The notes under the pieces are model-generated. The model was not told the DNA's origin. It searched no databases and was given only the letters and a program-made list of their open reading frames with translations. A DNA stretch of 64,000 bases from an uncultured delta proteobacterium (GTDB lineage: Bacteria > Desulfobacterota > Desulfobacteria > Desulfobacterales > SG8-13). Both the position numbers and the translations under genes were made by a program. Numbering within the stretch: position 1 is the first letter of the stretch; every line of letters begins with the position of its first letter. The stretch is from contig CAWKCK010000018.1 in the NCBI GenBank assembly GCA_963848135.1, positions 138,938 to 202,937 of the forward strand. The letters are read 5' to 3'. Of this stretch, positions 18,393 to 29,100 are shown one piece after another.

Positions 18393-19805
18393 TTGATCGG
18401 AAATCGTCCACTGATCAATAGAGTCCAAACATATGCGAAAGCGCTGGGGCTGAACAAACCCCCGTTCGAACCTGATCCGGATCGGCAATTCTATTTTTCA
18501 TTCGAGGCCCTCGAACAACGTTTGGGCGTGTTGCGCGGATTGATGGCCAGTCAGGACGTATTGATATTGATCCTTGGCGAAAGGGGCATCGGTAAAACCA
18601 CGCTTCTCCATCGGTATCTGGATAGCAGCCGAGTGGCGTGGCAATTCTGCCGCATCCGGAACAACGCCAACGAATGTAGAAAATCACCGGCACCCAACCG
18701 GTTCTATAAAGATCCTGCCTACATCCTACAGGATAAATCCTACCGGACCGTGCTGATAGACGATGCCCATCTTTTAGAGACTGCAACACTCAATTTTTTT
18801 TTAAAAAAACTGATGGCGGTTGAACAACCGGGCAAGGCAAACCGGTTGGTACTGTTTGGCGAGCCGCACCTCAGTGCCAACCTGACACTAATCAACAAGA
18901 CTCTGGATGATAACATCGCCGTTAGCAAAATCTTCATACCGGTATTGACTCAGGTTGAGACCTCAGCGTATTTGCGCCACCGGTTGTCGATTGCAGGAGC
19001 TTCAAACCCGAATCTCTTCAGCAGACGAGCAGTTAAAAGGCTCCATCGTTCAACCGGAGGATTGCCAGGCCGTATCAACGCTGCTGCAGACATTTGGTTG
19101 CGAAAGCGCGAAAAACCGGCATCATACATGGCCTCAGGCGGTAAACCGACAAGAATGGGACCTCTGCGCCGCTTCCTAAACGATGTCACTGCCGCTGGTG
19201 AGTTGCTGTCAACAGGCACCTTTTTTCGAAAAAATCAGTCCAATAATCGCTTCAGAACCCGGAAAATGGTGTCATCCCCCAAAATGCCAGAGGATGGGAT
19301 CAACGCCGGTCAAATACGATTTTCACAGGCCCCCGCAGGCCGCAATGAATCCAGCTCTGCCCCCGCACAAGACCCCATGCCGTCAATCGGCCGGAATAGC
19401 GCATTCAATATTTCCCCAACAGCCGGAGGAGCCTCGCCTTCTAATCCAATGGAGCCGATGTCTCCCGGTCAGAAGGATACCACAATTCACGCTGTATACC
19501 GTGAGGATTGGCTGCTCTGTCAGGACCCCAAGCATTACACAGTTCAGGTGTTGGGCGTGAGATCAGAAAAAGCCATCGCATCGATTGTCAAATCCCACCG
19601 ATTGCCCGTCCATCGTCAAATCGCCTGTTTCCGCACGTTTTACAAAGGCGAAACCGCCTATCCATTGCTTTGGGGTGTCTACCGAACCCGTTCGGAAGCC
19701 AGTGCGGCCGTGGATGACCTGCCTAATAAACTCAAGGATTTTTTTCCACTGATTCGCCGAATTTCGGCTATTCAGCAAGCCATTAACGCCAACAACTCAC
19801 CCTAA
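18393..19805 (+). CDS. ExeA-like AAA ATPase with C-terminal SPOR (DamX-like) domain
   Basis: PF...PD..FYF start, Walker A GERGIGKTT, Walker B LIDDAH, YLRHRL..AG, TGGLPGRIN; C-terminal HYTVQVLG...GVY.TRSEASAAV..LP. Confidence 0.8.
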   Translation: MIGNRPLINRVQTYAKALGLNKPPFEPDPDRQFYFSFEALEQRLGVLRGLMASQDVLILILGERGIGKTTLLHRYLDSSRVAWQFCRIRNNANECRKSPAPNRFYKDPAYILQDKSYRTVLIDDAHLLETATLNFFLKKLMAVEQPGKANRLVLFGEPHLSANLTLINKTLDDNIAVSKIFIPVLTQVETSAYLRHRLSIAGASNPNLFSRRAVKRLHRSTGGLPGRINAAADIWLRKREKPASYMASGGKPTRMGPLRRFLNDVTAAGELLSTGTFFRKNQSNNRFRTRKMVSSPKMPEDGINAGQIRFSQAPAGRNESSSAPAQDPMPSIGRNSAFNISPTAGGASPSNPMEPMSPGQKDTTIHAVYREDWLLCQDPKHYTVQVLGVRSEKAIASIVKSHRLPVHRQIACFRTFYKGETAYPLLWGVYRTRSEASAAVDDLPNKLKDFFPLIRRISAIQQAINANNSP

Positions 19806-19854
19806 ATATTTTATATTTTTATTTATTTTAATGTATCCCAGCTGATAGTCACGC

Positions 19855-22839
19855 ATGAAACTTTTCGACAAGATAAAAGGCCGGTTGGTCGCTGGATTCG
19901 TAACTGCCAGTTTGTTTATCCTATTGGTTATGGTACTCGTCCCTCGCCTGGTCGATCTGGAGGTCGTCAAGCAGAAAATCATTTCTCGGATTTCCACTTC
20001 CTTGGCCGGTGAACTCGTATACCGAAAGCTGGACCTGCGTTGGTTCCCACAGCCGGTAATTGCGATTCACGCCGCTAAATTGACGCGGCCGGACGACCAG
20101 ATTATTTCAATATCCGCACTCAAAATATATCCGAAAATCCTTCCTTTACTATGGGGCCGGGTACAATATAAAAGATTCGAGATTGTGCAACCCCGCTTCC
20201 AGTTAAATTTGCAACACTCCGGCCTATCGGAACCCGGGACGATTGCAGATCGAACAACCATTTGGCAGCTCAGGGAACGCATAATCGGCATCCTGGCTGA
20301 AACTGTCCTAAATGATCCAGATGTGGTCTATCTTATTCAGAATGGCAGTATTGACATTCTCCCCACTGCGGCCATCGATCTAAACTTCCGGAAAGTCAAC
20401 GCAAACCTCCGATTGTTGGGCAACCGACGCCGCCTGAGAATTTCCTGTGAATCAAATATCGGCAGAGAAATTGTTTTAACGGGCTGGGTCCGGCCGGATG
20501 GACGGTTCGGTAAAGGCCGACTCCACATTAAACAGTTCCGCCCGCACCTTCTGATAGATGGCTTTTTTTCTGAAGCCCGTTTACAAATGATCGACTCGGT
20601 TATGAACCTGGAGGCCGAGTTCCAGGCCGATGCTGACAAGCACGTCCGCGCCGACTTGAAGCTCTCGGACGTCTCCTTTCGGATGCAAAACAACAATGAC
20701 ACCGCAAAAATTTCCGGCGGTAACATCCAGGTGGCATTCAGGTTGGCCCCCCAGACCACGGTCATCTCTTTATCCAAATTAGTATTCGACACCCCTCGGA
20801 TGGAAGTATCCGGACACCTGTTTATGAATCACACAGGACCTGATATTAGACTTGAGCTCTCGGGAATTGATATACACATCGATGCGCTGCGGAAAGCCGC
20901 CGGGGTTATGGGGGGTAAAAACCATGGGCTTCAGCATGTCTTTAATGTGATCACGGGCGGGCGGGTGCCGGTTCTTACAATCAGCGGCCGTGGCCGGACG
21001 CTGACAGACCTGGGCCGGATTGAGAATTTAACCCTGAAAGGCAACTTGGCCGAAGGCCAGATCCATATACCGGGCCCCGATCTATCCTTGCAGGATGTGA
21101 AGGGAAATGCCACCATCAGTGGCGGCATGCTGCGGTGTAACCAGATGCAGGCAAAATTGGCCGATTCGCACGGTTACAATGGCGAAATGTCGCTCGGATT
21201 GATTGGAACTGAACCGCCGTTTCACCTGGAAATCGACACCCGTGCCGATGTATCCCAACTGCGAGAGGTCCTGTTACGACTGGTTAACAATGAAATGTTC
21301 CGGGAGGAGCTTAAGCATATTACAACGGTGACGGGAACAGCCACGGGCCGGCTGATCATCGGTGAATATTTGGATAATCTTCAGGTTTCTGCCAAAATCT
21401 CGGAGGCGCGGATCCAGGCCGATTATGACCGGATCCCTCTGCCGATAGGCATCAGCGGCGGCCAGTTTGAACTGACCCGCAACAGTTTTATTGCCAGCAA
21501 TATTGACGCCAATATCGGCCGGTCTTCTTTCACTGGCATATCCGGTGAATGGGGATGGAATGATCAACCGCGATTAAAAGTCGCTTCAAAACGATCACAG
21601 ATCGACCTGGATGAGTTGTACCGGTGGCTCACGAGGTTTGAGTTTCTCAAGCGCGAGCTTCCTGCCTTCCAAATAAGACAAGGCACTTTAGATCTTTCGG
21701 CGCTCACGGTATCAAGCGATAAGGCTGAAACACCAGCTTTTCGTTTCGAAATCGCCGGAACCCTATTACAGGCCCGCATCAGCGATGGAGAAACCCCGGC
21801 CCCATTGAACATTAAAATCCCAAGAGTTGATTTCTCCGCCCGGTCGATCTCTGATAAAGAAGCGAAAATCCATCTCTCGGGGAAACAAATCACGTGGGGG
21901 CAAACCCGGATGGATATCGCCGGCACTGCACATCTGGCAGGCGGTCATGCGCTTCTCGATCTCGATGTCAGTGCAGACCAGTTGAGCTGGTATCAGTTTG
22001 AAGAGATCAGCCGCCAACAGAAGACGTCTGCACCGCTAAAGTCCGGTTGGGGCCAACGTCTGCAGGGGAATCTTCGAATCGACGTCGCCGCATTTTCCTA
22101 CGGCACCTTGAACTGGCAATCCGTAGTGGCCGAGGTTCGAATTGCCAGCAGCGCTGCGACCATTTCGATCCATCAGGCCGAACTTTGCGGCATACCCTTC
22201 CCGGGTGAAATCCGGATAACGCCTCGCGGTATTGCATTAAATTTATCGCCCTTTGTCGGCGATAAGGACCTGGAACCAGCTTTTTCCTGCTTCTGGAATC
22301 GGCAAGGCGCTGTTACGGGCAGATACAATCTGTCCGGTAGCCTGATAAATGCAGAACCCGAACCGGTACTGATCCGGGCCTTGAAAGGTAACCTCGATTT
22401 GAAGGCCCACTCCGGGAGAATTTACCGTTATGGTATTCTCGCCAAAATTTTGGCCCTGCTCAATCTTACAGAAATTTTCAGAGGCAAGCTGCCGGATATC
22501 ATCAAGGACGGTTTTGCTTATGAAAGCATCAAGGCGAACGGGGAATTCGAGAACGGGAAATTCATCCTGAAAGAAGGTATCATCAATGGCGCATCAATGA
22601 CAATTATCTATCGGGGCACGGTTAACCTGGTCGACGAAAGCCTGAATTTGAGTATCCTGGTCTCACCATTTAAAACCTTCGATGCCATTGTCAAAAAGAT
22701 TCCCTTGGTGAACAATGCGCTGGGGGGACGTTTAATTTCGATTCCGTTTGCCGTAACCGGTAAATGGTCAAATTATACCGTAACGCCATTGTCAACAAAT
22801 GCAGGCAAGCGCAAAGTTCCTTTGACCATTGATAATTAG
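19855..22839 (+). CDS. AsmA-like (YhdP/TamB superfamily) protein
   Basis: N-terminal TM anchor, long beta-rich body, AsmA_2-type C-terminus (GFAYESIKANGEF...IPLV...F.VTG). Confidence 0.82.
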   Translation: MKLFDKIKGRLVAGFVTASLFILLVMVLVPRLVDLEVVKQKIISRISTSLAGELVYRKLDLRWFPQPVIAIHAAKLTRPDDQIISISALKIYPKILPLLWGRVQYKRFEIVQPRFQLNLQHSGLSEPGTIADRTTIWQLRERIIGILAETVLNDPDVVYLIQNGSIDILPTAAIDLNFRKVNANLRLLGNRRRLRISCESNIGREIVLTGWVRPDGRFGKGRLHIKQFRPHLLIDGFFSEARLQMIDSVMNLEAEFQADADKHVRADLKLSDVSFRMQNNNDTAKISGGNIQVAFRLAPQTTVISLSKLVFDTPRMEVSGHLFMNHTGPDIRLELSGIDIHIDALRKAAGVMGGKNHGLQHVFNVITGGRVPVLTISGRGRTLTDLGRIENLTLKGNLAEGQIHIPGPDLSLQDVKGNATISGGMLRCNQMQAKLADSHGYNGEMSLGLIGTEPPFHLEIDTRADVSQLREVLLRLVNNEMFREELKHITTVTGTATGRLIIGEYLDNLQVSAKISEARIQADYDRIPLPIGISGGQFELTRNSFIASNIDANIGRSSFTGISGEWGWNDQPRLKVASKRSQIDLDELYRWLTRFEFLKRELPAFQIRQGTLDLSALTVSSDKAETPAFRFEIAGTLLQARISDGETPAPLNIKIPRVDFSARSISDKEAKIHLSGKQITWGQTRMDIAGTAHLAGGHALLDLDVSADQLSWYQFEEISRQQKTSAPLKSGWGQRLQGNLRIDVAAFSYGTLNWQSVVAEVRIASSAATISIHQAELCGIPFPGEIRITPRGIALNLSPFVGDKDLEPAFSCFWNRQGAVTGRYNLSGSLINAEPEPVLIRALKGNLDLKAHSGRIYRYGILAKILALLNLTEIFRGKLPDIIKDGFAYESIKANGEFENGKFILKEGIINGASMTIIYRGTVNLVDESLNLSILVSPFKTFDAIVKKIPLVNNALGGRLISIPFAVTGKWSNYTVTPLSTNAGKRKVPLTIDN

Positions 22840-22994
22840 AACGAATATCAAGATTCGGGTCGGGGCACAGGATTAAGTGCCGAGTCTCCTTAAATTAAAA
22901 TATAAACATAATATCGCGAACAAATCGCGCTAATCAACTACACGGCCAAAGTCACTTCAACAGTTTTTTATTTGGGGCTTTACGAGCGTATCGT

Positions 22995-24581
22995 TCACCA
23001 ACCGAATTTCTGCATCAGTTTGTGAGTTAAGTCATCGATCTCTTTTATGCCAAGCACCCGTCCACAACACACCAAGGCAACTGTAAACAAAACGCCGACA
23101 ATCAGGATGACAAAGACACTGCCCGGACCGGTCGTGGCATCGATGCTCCCCAGCAACAACCGTCTCAAATATTCCAAGCCACCCCCCAGAATCCCGCTCA
23201 GGATTATCATCTGAAGGTAGAAGAGGTAAACCCTGCGACTGCCGCGATTGCGGGTTCTATAATTCCAAAGGGCATACAAGGCTCCGACCTGAATAATGGA
23301 AGAAAGCGAAACCGCCAGCCCGATACCCCCGGCACCCATGACCTGCATTCCGTACCAATAAATCGGCAGGCTGGAAAGAACGGCGAAAGTTCCAAATACT
23401 GCCGGGAACCATGTGTTTTGCGCAGCATAATACCCCCGAACAACTACCGTATAGGCCGACAAGGCAAATGCTCCCGGTAAAAGAAAAATAAGGATGTGGG
23501 CCGTCATCGCCGTTGCATCCGCATCAAATCTACCCCGTTCGAAGAGGATCTGAACAATTTCATGCCGGGTGACCATACACAAAGCAGATACGGGAATCGC
23601 CAGGGCCAAATACCTCAAGGCGCCATTCAGGAGCGTATTCATTTCCTGAATTTTATTCTGGGCGATCAGGCGGGCCATAAACGGATAGGAAGCCACGCCC
23701 ACCGCTTGACCAAACAGCCCCACCGGTATGAGGAGAATCGTGCGGCCGTAATTGAGTCCGGCAACGCTCCCAGGCGCCAAGTACGTCCCAAAGTAACGGA
23801 TGAAAACCTCCATTGAAAACATCATGGTCAGTCCCACCATAAGTGGCAGGGTGAGATAGATATATTTTCTAAGATCAGGGTGCCTGAAATTGAACCGGAG
23901 CCGATAGATCATACCGACCCTCCGGGCACCCCACCATTGCAAGGCGAAGTTTCCTACAAAAGCCCCGATCAGCACCCCCCACGAAAAACCTTCCATCCCG
24001 ATTTTCGGAGCCAAGAGAACGCCGCAAAGAATGATCCCGACATTGTAAAATATCGGGGCCAGGGCAGGTATGACAAACTTTTCTTTGGCAAATTGGACTG
24101 CCATTAAAAGACCGCCGGCGAAAAAGAAAAACTGACCCGGAATAATGATTCGGGTCATGCTGATCACCTGTTCTCTGAATCCGGCATCGGAGCGACCACG
24201 GGCGATCAGATCGACCAATTCCGAAGCGAAAAGAACGGAAATCAGGATAAAAATGATGAGCATGCCGCCGACAACAGTGAAAATGATCGAAAAAACCCGC
24301 CATCCTTCAGATTCGTTGTCGCTGGCCAGATAGGCCGAAAATATGGGAATAAAGGTGACCGATAAAAAGCCACTGGCCACGATGTGGTTTAAAATTTCAG
24401 GGATGAAAAAAGAGACCTGATAGGCATCCACGGCCCCACTGGCGCCACCACTGAAAGCAATGACCATCTCGCGACCGAGCCCGATGAATCGGCTCAATAG
24501 AACAGATCCCATCATGATGGCGGAAGCGATACCGACCTTTTTTCGTATCGACTGAGACATCACTTCATTAAATCTTTTCAA
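22995..24581 (-). CDS. murJ: Lipid II flippase MurJ (MviN)
   Basis: SRFIGLGREMVIA..G, DAYQVSFFIPE, FIPIF, LFERGRF, RGYYA..NT. Confidence 0.95.
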   Translation of the reverse strand: MKRFNEVMSQSIRKKVGIASAIMMGSVLLSRFIGLGREMVIAFSGGASGAVDAYQVSFFIPEILNHIVASGFLSVTFIPIFSAYLASDNESEGWRVFSIIFTVVGGMLIIFILISVLFASELVDLIARGRSDAGFREQVISMTRIIIPGQFFFFAGGLLMAVQFAKEKFVIPALAPIFYNVGIILCGVLLAPKIGMEGFSWGVLIGAFVGNFALQWWGARRVGMIYRLRFNFRHPDLRKYIYLTLPLMVGLTMMFSMEVFIRYFGTYLAPGSVAGLNYGRTILLIPVGLFGQAVGVASYPFMARLIAQNKIQEMNTLLNGALRYLALAIPVSALCMVTRHEIVQILFERGRFDADATAMTAHILIFLLPGAFALSAYTVVVRGYYAAQNTWFPAVFGTFAVLSSLPIYWYGMQVMGAGGIGLAVSLSSIIQVGALYALWNYRTRNRGSRRVYLFYLQMIILSGILGGGLEYLRRLLLGSIDATTGPGSVFVILIVGVLFTVALVCCGRVLGIKEIDDLTHKLMQKFGW

Positions 24582-24881
24582 AAAAAATATTTTATCGGGT
24601 TAAACGTTTTAACAGGTCATTGTTTAAAAGGCAAAATCTTCGGCAACTAAACGGTAACTTCCCCAGGGTTTCACCCAATGTTATCATATTTAGACCCCTG
24701 TTCCTGCTGAAATATAATCATATCATAAGCGGGTTATATCCGTACATGCGATCTGCGTTTACAAATTGCCCCCTCACCCTTATACTTTACGGCAACACCC
24801 GGACGACTGCACAAAAATGCATTTCTTAACACTGGGAAAAATGATAGAGATAGGAAAACAACATGCTCTCCGAGTCCGCTC

Positions 24882-26018
24882 ATGGAAAAAGACCAAAATC
24901 GATCGTCTGGACCACAACGGAATAACGGTATATTCCAATACGTTCGGGTTTGGATCGATCGCCATTTTTCTGATCCCCAAATTCTGATTCTCAGCTTCCT
25001 GCTGATTATCGGATTCATCGTCATATTCATGCTTGGCGGTATGCTGATACCTGTGTTTGCCAGCCTTGTTATCGCTTATCTTCTCGACGGCATCGTCGGT
25101 CGCCTGGCTTTCTTCAAAATACCGCGCTTCGCTGCAGTGCTGATCGTATTTCTGCTATTTTTAGCCAGCCTGATCCTGTTGACCGTTTTCCTGTTGCCGC
25201 TTCTGTCCCAACAAATTGCTCAACTGGTCCAACAGTTCCCGTCAATGATCTTAAGGGGCCAAAAAGAACTTCTGGGTCTGCCCGAGCGCTACCCCGGATT
25301 CATTTCGGAGGCGCAGATTACCTATGTTCTGGACTTTGTTAGCGCCGAACTCACCGCTCTTATGAAGCGGATCCTATCGCTCTCTTACGCCTCGGTTCGC
25401 GGGATTATATCCGTTCTGGTCTATCTGGTGCTGGTTCCTCTGATGGTTTTTTTTCTGCTCAAGGATAAATATAAAATCCTCAATTGGATCACCGACATAT
25501 TACCGGACCATCGCGGGCTCGCAACCGAAGTTTGGCGGGAGGTTAATCAGCAAACCGGCAACTACATCCGCGGAAAAATATGGGAAATACTTATTATTTG
25601 GGGCGTCAGTTACATGACCTTCAAGTTTCTGGGTATGAATTTCTCGATGGTACTCTCGCTTTTGGTCGGTCTGTCGGTGCTTGTACCCTACGTCGGTGTC
25701 ACCGTCGTCTTTCTGCCGGTAGCCCTGTTCGCCTATTTCCAGTGGGGCATGACCACGGATTTCGTCTATGCCGTTATTGCCTACTCGGTAATACAGTTGC
25801 TCGATGGAAACCTGTTGGCCCCCCTTCTGCTCTCCGAAGTGGTCAATCTCCACCCCGTCGCTATTATTGTCGCAGTATTGCTCTTTGGCGGGTTATGGGG
25901 CGTCTGGGGCTTGTTCTTCGCCATACCACTGGCCACTCTGGCGCATGCCGTCCTGAAAGCCATGCTTAAGGAAAATAACACGGAAAAAATGGCCGGTGAA
26001 CCCGCCGAGGCTAACTGA
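24882..26018 (+). CDS. AI-2E family transporter (PerM-like)
   Basis: IAYLL, FFLLKDK, NYIRGK, VPYVG, QLLDGNLLAPLL, LHPVAII, GLFFAIPLA. Confidence 0.92.
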   Translation: MEKDQNRSSGPQRNNGIFQYVRVWIDRHFSDPQILILSFLLIIGFIVIFMLGGMLIPVFASLVIAYLLDGIVGRLAFFKIPRFAAVLIVFLLFLASLILLTVFLLPLLSQQIAQLVQQFPSMILRGQKELLGLPERYPGFISEAQITYVLDFVSAELTALMKRILSLSYASVRGIISVLVYLVLVPLMVFFLLKDKYKILNWITDILPDHRGLATEVWREVNQQTGNYIRGKIWEILIIWGVSYMTFKFLGMNFSMVLSLLVGLSVLVPYVGVTVVFLPVALFAYFQWGMTTDFVYAVIAYSVIQLLDGNLLAPLLLSEVVNLHPVAIIVAVLLFGGLWGVWGLFFAIPLATLAHAVLKAMLKENNTEKMAGEPAEAN

Positions 26019-26166
26019 TCTTTTTATTCGGGTTGGTTACCTAGACTCGCTTTTGACCCTTTTCCGTGGCGTGTCGGACAGTATTCTTATCACGGACTCA
26101 TAATTCGTATCTTTTTTTACAGCGTAAGGAATCTTAAAATGCTGGTATAGGAGATGGAGGGTCAAA

Positions 26167-29100
26167 TTGAATCCAGAATGCGATACCGACAATCTGAGAT
26201 CATATGGCCTCTGTTTAGGTGCGTCCACTATCTCTATGGTGGCGGTGGAACAGAAGAAAAGACGCTATAACCCGTCGCGAGATTTCCCTCAGAGACGAAT
26301 CGTGTCACAGGTCATCCGCTCTCACGGCGGGAATCCCAGAAATACACTGCGCGACATCCTCACGAACCACACCTTCCCTCCCTTACACCGTATTACAGTA
26401 ACCGGCCGTAAATTCAGAAAATTCGTTAATATTACATCGGTTCCTGAACCTGAAGCGGTGGAATATGCCTATCGCTATACAAAACCGCGGGGCATCGACT
26501 GCCCGGCGATTATATCCGCCGGGGGAGAAACATTTATCGTTTATATCCTTGACCGCATGGGCCAAATTTCCAATGTCGTTACGGGCAATAAGTGCGCCTC
26601 TGGAACCGGTGAGTTTTTCCAACAGCAGTTGCGACGGATGGATGTCACCATTGAGGAGGCCGCCGGCTGGTCATCCGTTGGAGAACCGTACCATGTTTCC
26701 GGTCGCTGCTCCGTCTTTTGCAAATCCGATTGCACGCATGCCACCAATAAGGGTATCCCCAAAGCGACAGTCACCGCCGGCCTCTGTCAAATGATGGCCA
26801 ACAAAATTCTCGAGCTGTTGAAAAAGGTGAAGCGTCAAAACCTCATGATCGTCGGTGGTACCACCCGAAACCAGATGATGATCACGTATCTTTCCCGGGA
26901 AATCCCGGGTCTGGTCGTACCGGAAGAAGCACCGTATTTCGAGGCCCTGGGGGCTGCCCTCTGGGGTCTTGAACACCCGACCGACCCGATGCCTGAACGC
27001 TCTGAAATCTTCTCCAGCAATACATCTTCTTTCGAGGTGCTGCCGCCCCTCAGCCGTTTTAGCGACCAGGTCATTTTCAAAACCATTCAGATGGCTCGCC
27101 CGCAGAGTGGCGATAAATGTCTCATCGGCCTTGACGTCGGATCAACGACAACCAAAGCGGTTCTATTGCGGCAGGAAGACTGTGCGATCTTGGCATCGGT
27201 TTATCTGCGTACCAATGGAGAACCGGTTGAGGCCTCAAGACGATGCTACCGCAACATTGCCGAGCAAGTTTCCAACACCGTCGATCCACAAAAAATACAC
27301 ATCGAGGGGCTGGGCGTGTGCGGTTCCGGACGTCAAATTGCCGGTCTGCATGCGTTGACTGACGGTGTTATCAACGAAATCATCGCTCATGCCAATGCCG
27401 CGGTCTATTTTGATGCAGATGTCGATACCATTTTTGAAATCGGCGGGCAGGATGCCAAGTACACTTACGTCACCAATGGCGTCCCGTCTGATTATGCAAT
27501 GAACGAAGCCTGCTCAGCCGGTACAGGATCATTTCTCGAAGAATCGGCATTTGAGTCTCTGAACGTTAAAATGGAAGATATCGCCGCAATAGCGCTTGAG
27601 GCGAGAAAACCGCCGAATTTCAATGACCAGTGCGCGGCGTTCATTGCATCAGATATCAAAAATGCCATCCATGAGGGTGTCCGCCATGAAGACGTTGTGG
27701 CCGGATTGGTTTATTCTATCTGTATGAATTACACCAACCGGGTCAAAGGTAACCGCCCGGTAGGAAACAAGGTCTTCATGCAGGGCGGTGTCTGCTACAA
27801 CAGGGCGGTACCACTGGCCATGGCAGCGCTGGTGGACAAGCCGATCGTCGTTCCACCGGAACCCGGCCTCATGGGCGCTTTCGGCGTGGCACTCGAAGTG
27901 AAAAAACGGCTTGCAAAAGGCCTGCTCAAGAAAAAATCCTTTGATTTGGTGAAATTGGCTGAAAGGTCCGTAAGCTATGGTCGGACATTCATTTGTAAGG
28001 GTGGGCAGGAAAAATGCGACCGCCGCTGTAATATATCAGTCGTCGAACTGGACGGAAAAAAATACCCGTTTGGTGGCGCTTGTAACCGTTACTACAATTT
28101 ACGTAAAAAATTGGATTTCGATATCGAAAATCTCGATCTTGCCCGTTTGAGACAGCATTTTGTGTTTGACGCTTACGCTCCGGAACCGATCCCTGAAAAA
28201 AAGTCCAATAAAAGGAATCGGATCGGTTTCAATAAAAGCTTCCTGACTAACACTTATTACCCGCTTTACGCGACATTCTTTGCCGAACTCGGCATCGAAC
28301 CCGTTCTCCCGAAGGCGTACTCACGCCATGGTATCGAAAAACGTAATGCCGCCTTTTGTTTTCCCGCGGAACTCGCCCATGGCTACCTTCATGCCCTGCT
28401 CGACATGCAGCCACCCCCGGACTATTTATTTTTGCCCCACTTCAGGGCTGTCCCCACTCACGATGCCTCTGCCAACTCTCAAGTCTGTCCGATCGTACAG
28501 GGCGAAACATTTTATTTACGTACCGCTTTCAGGAATGAGCTCAATGCCTTGAACGCCAAAGGCATACGGCTATTTACACCGCTGATCGATCTCACTCAAG
28601 GATTGTCGGGTGCGAAAATGCCGCTCATCGAAACCGCTGAGCAGTTGGGGGTCAACCGTCGCAGAGCGAAAAAGGCCTTTCGCAAGGCCATCCGACGGCA
28701 GATTCTTTGCCTGGAAAAAATGCGCACCGTCGGTAACCAATTCCTTGCAGACCTCGAATCGCAGCCTGATCAATTGGCAATTGTCCTCTTCGGCCGTCCC
28801 TATAACGCTTTTGTCGAAGAAGCCCATATGGGCATTCCCCATAAGCTGGCGTCCAGGGGAATCCCGGTAATCCCGCTCGATTTTTTGCCCCTGTCAGACG
28901 AACTTCCGACGCCCAATATGTATTGGGGAACGGGGCAGCTGATCACCAAGGCCGCTCGGTTCGTTAAGAAACATCCGCAGCTTTTCGGGGTCTATATCAC
29001 CAATTTTTCCTGCGGACCGGACTCTTTCTTGCTCGGCTTTTGTCGCAACATCATGGGCCGAAAGCCCTCTCTGACTCTCGAGCTCGACAGCCATACAGCC

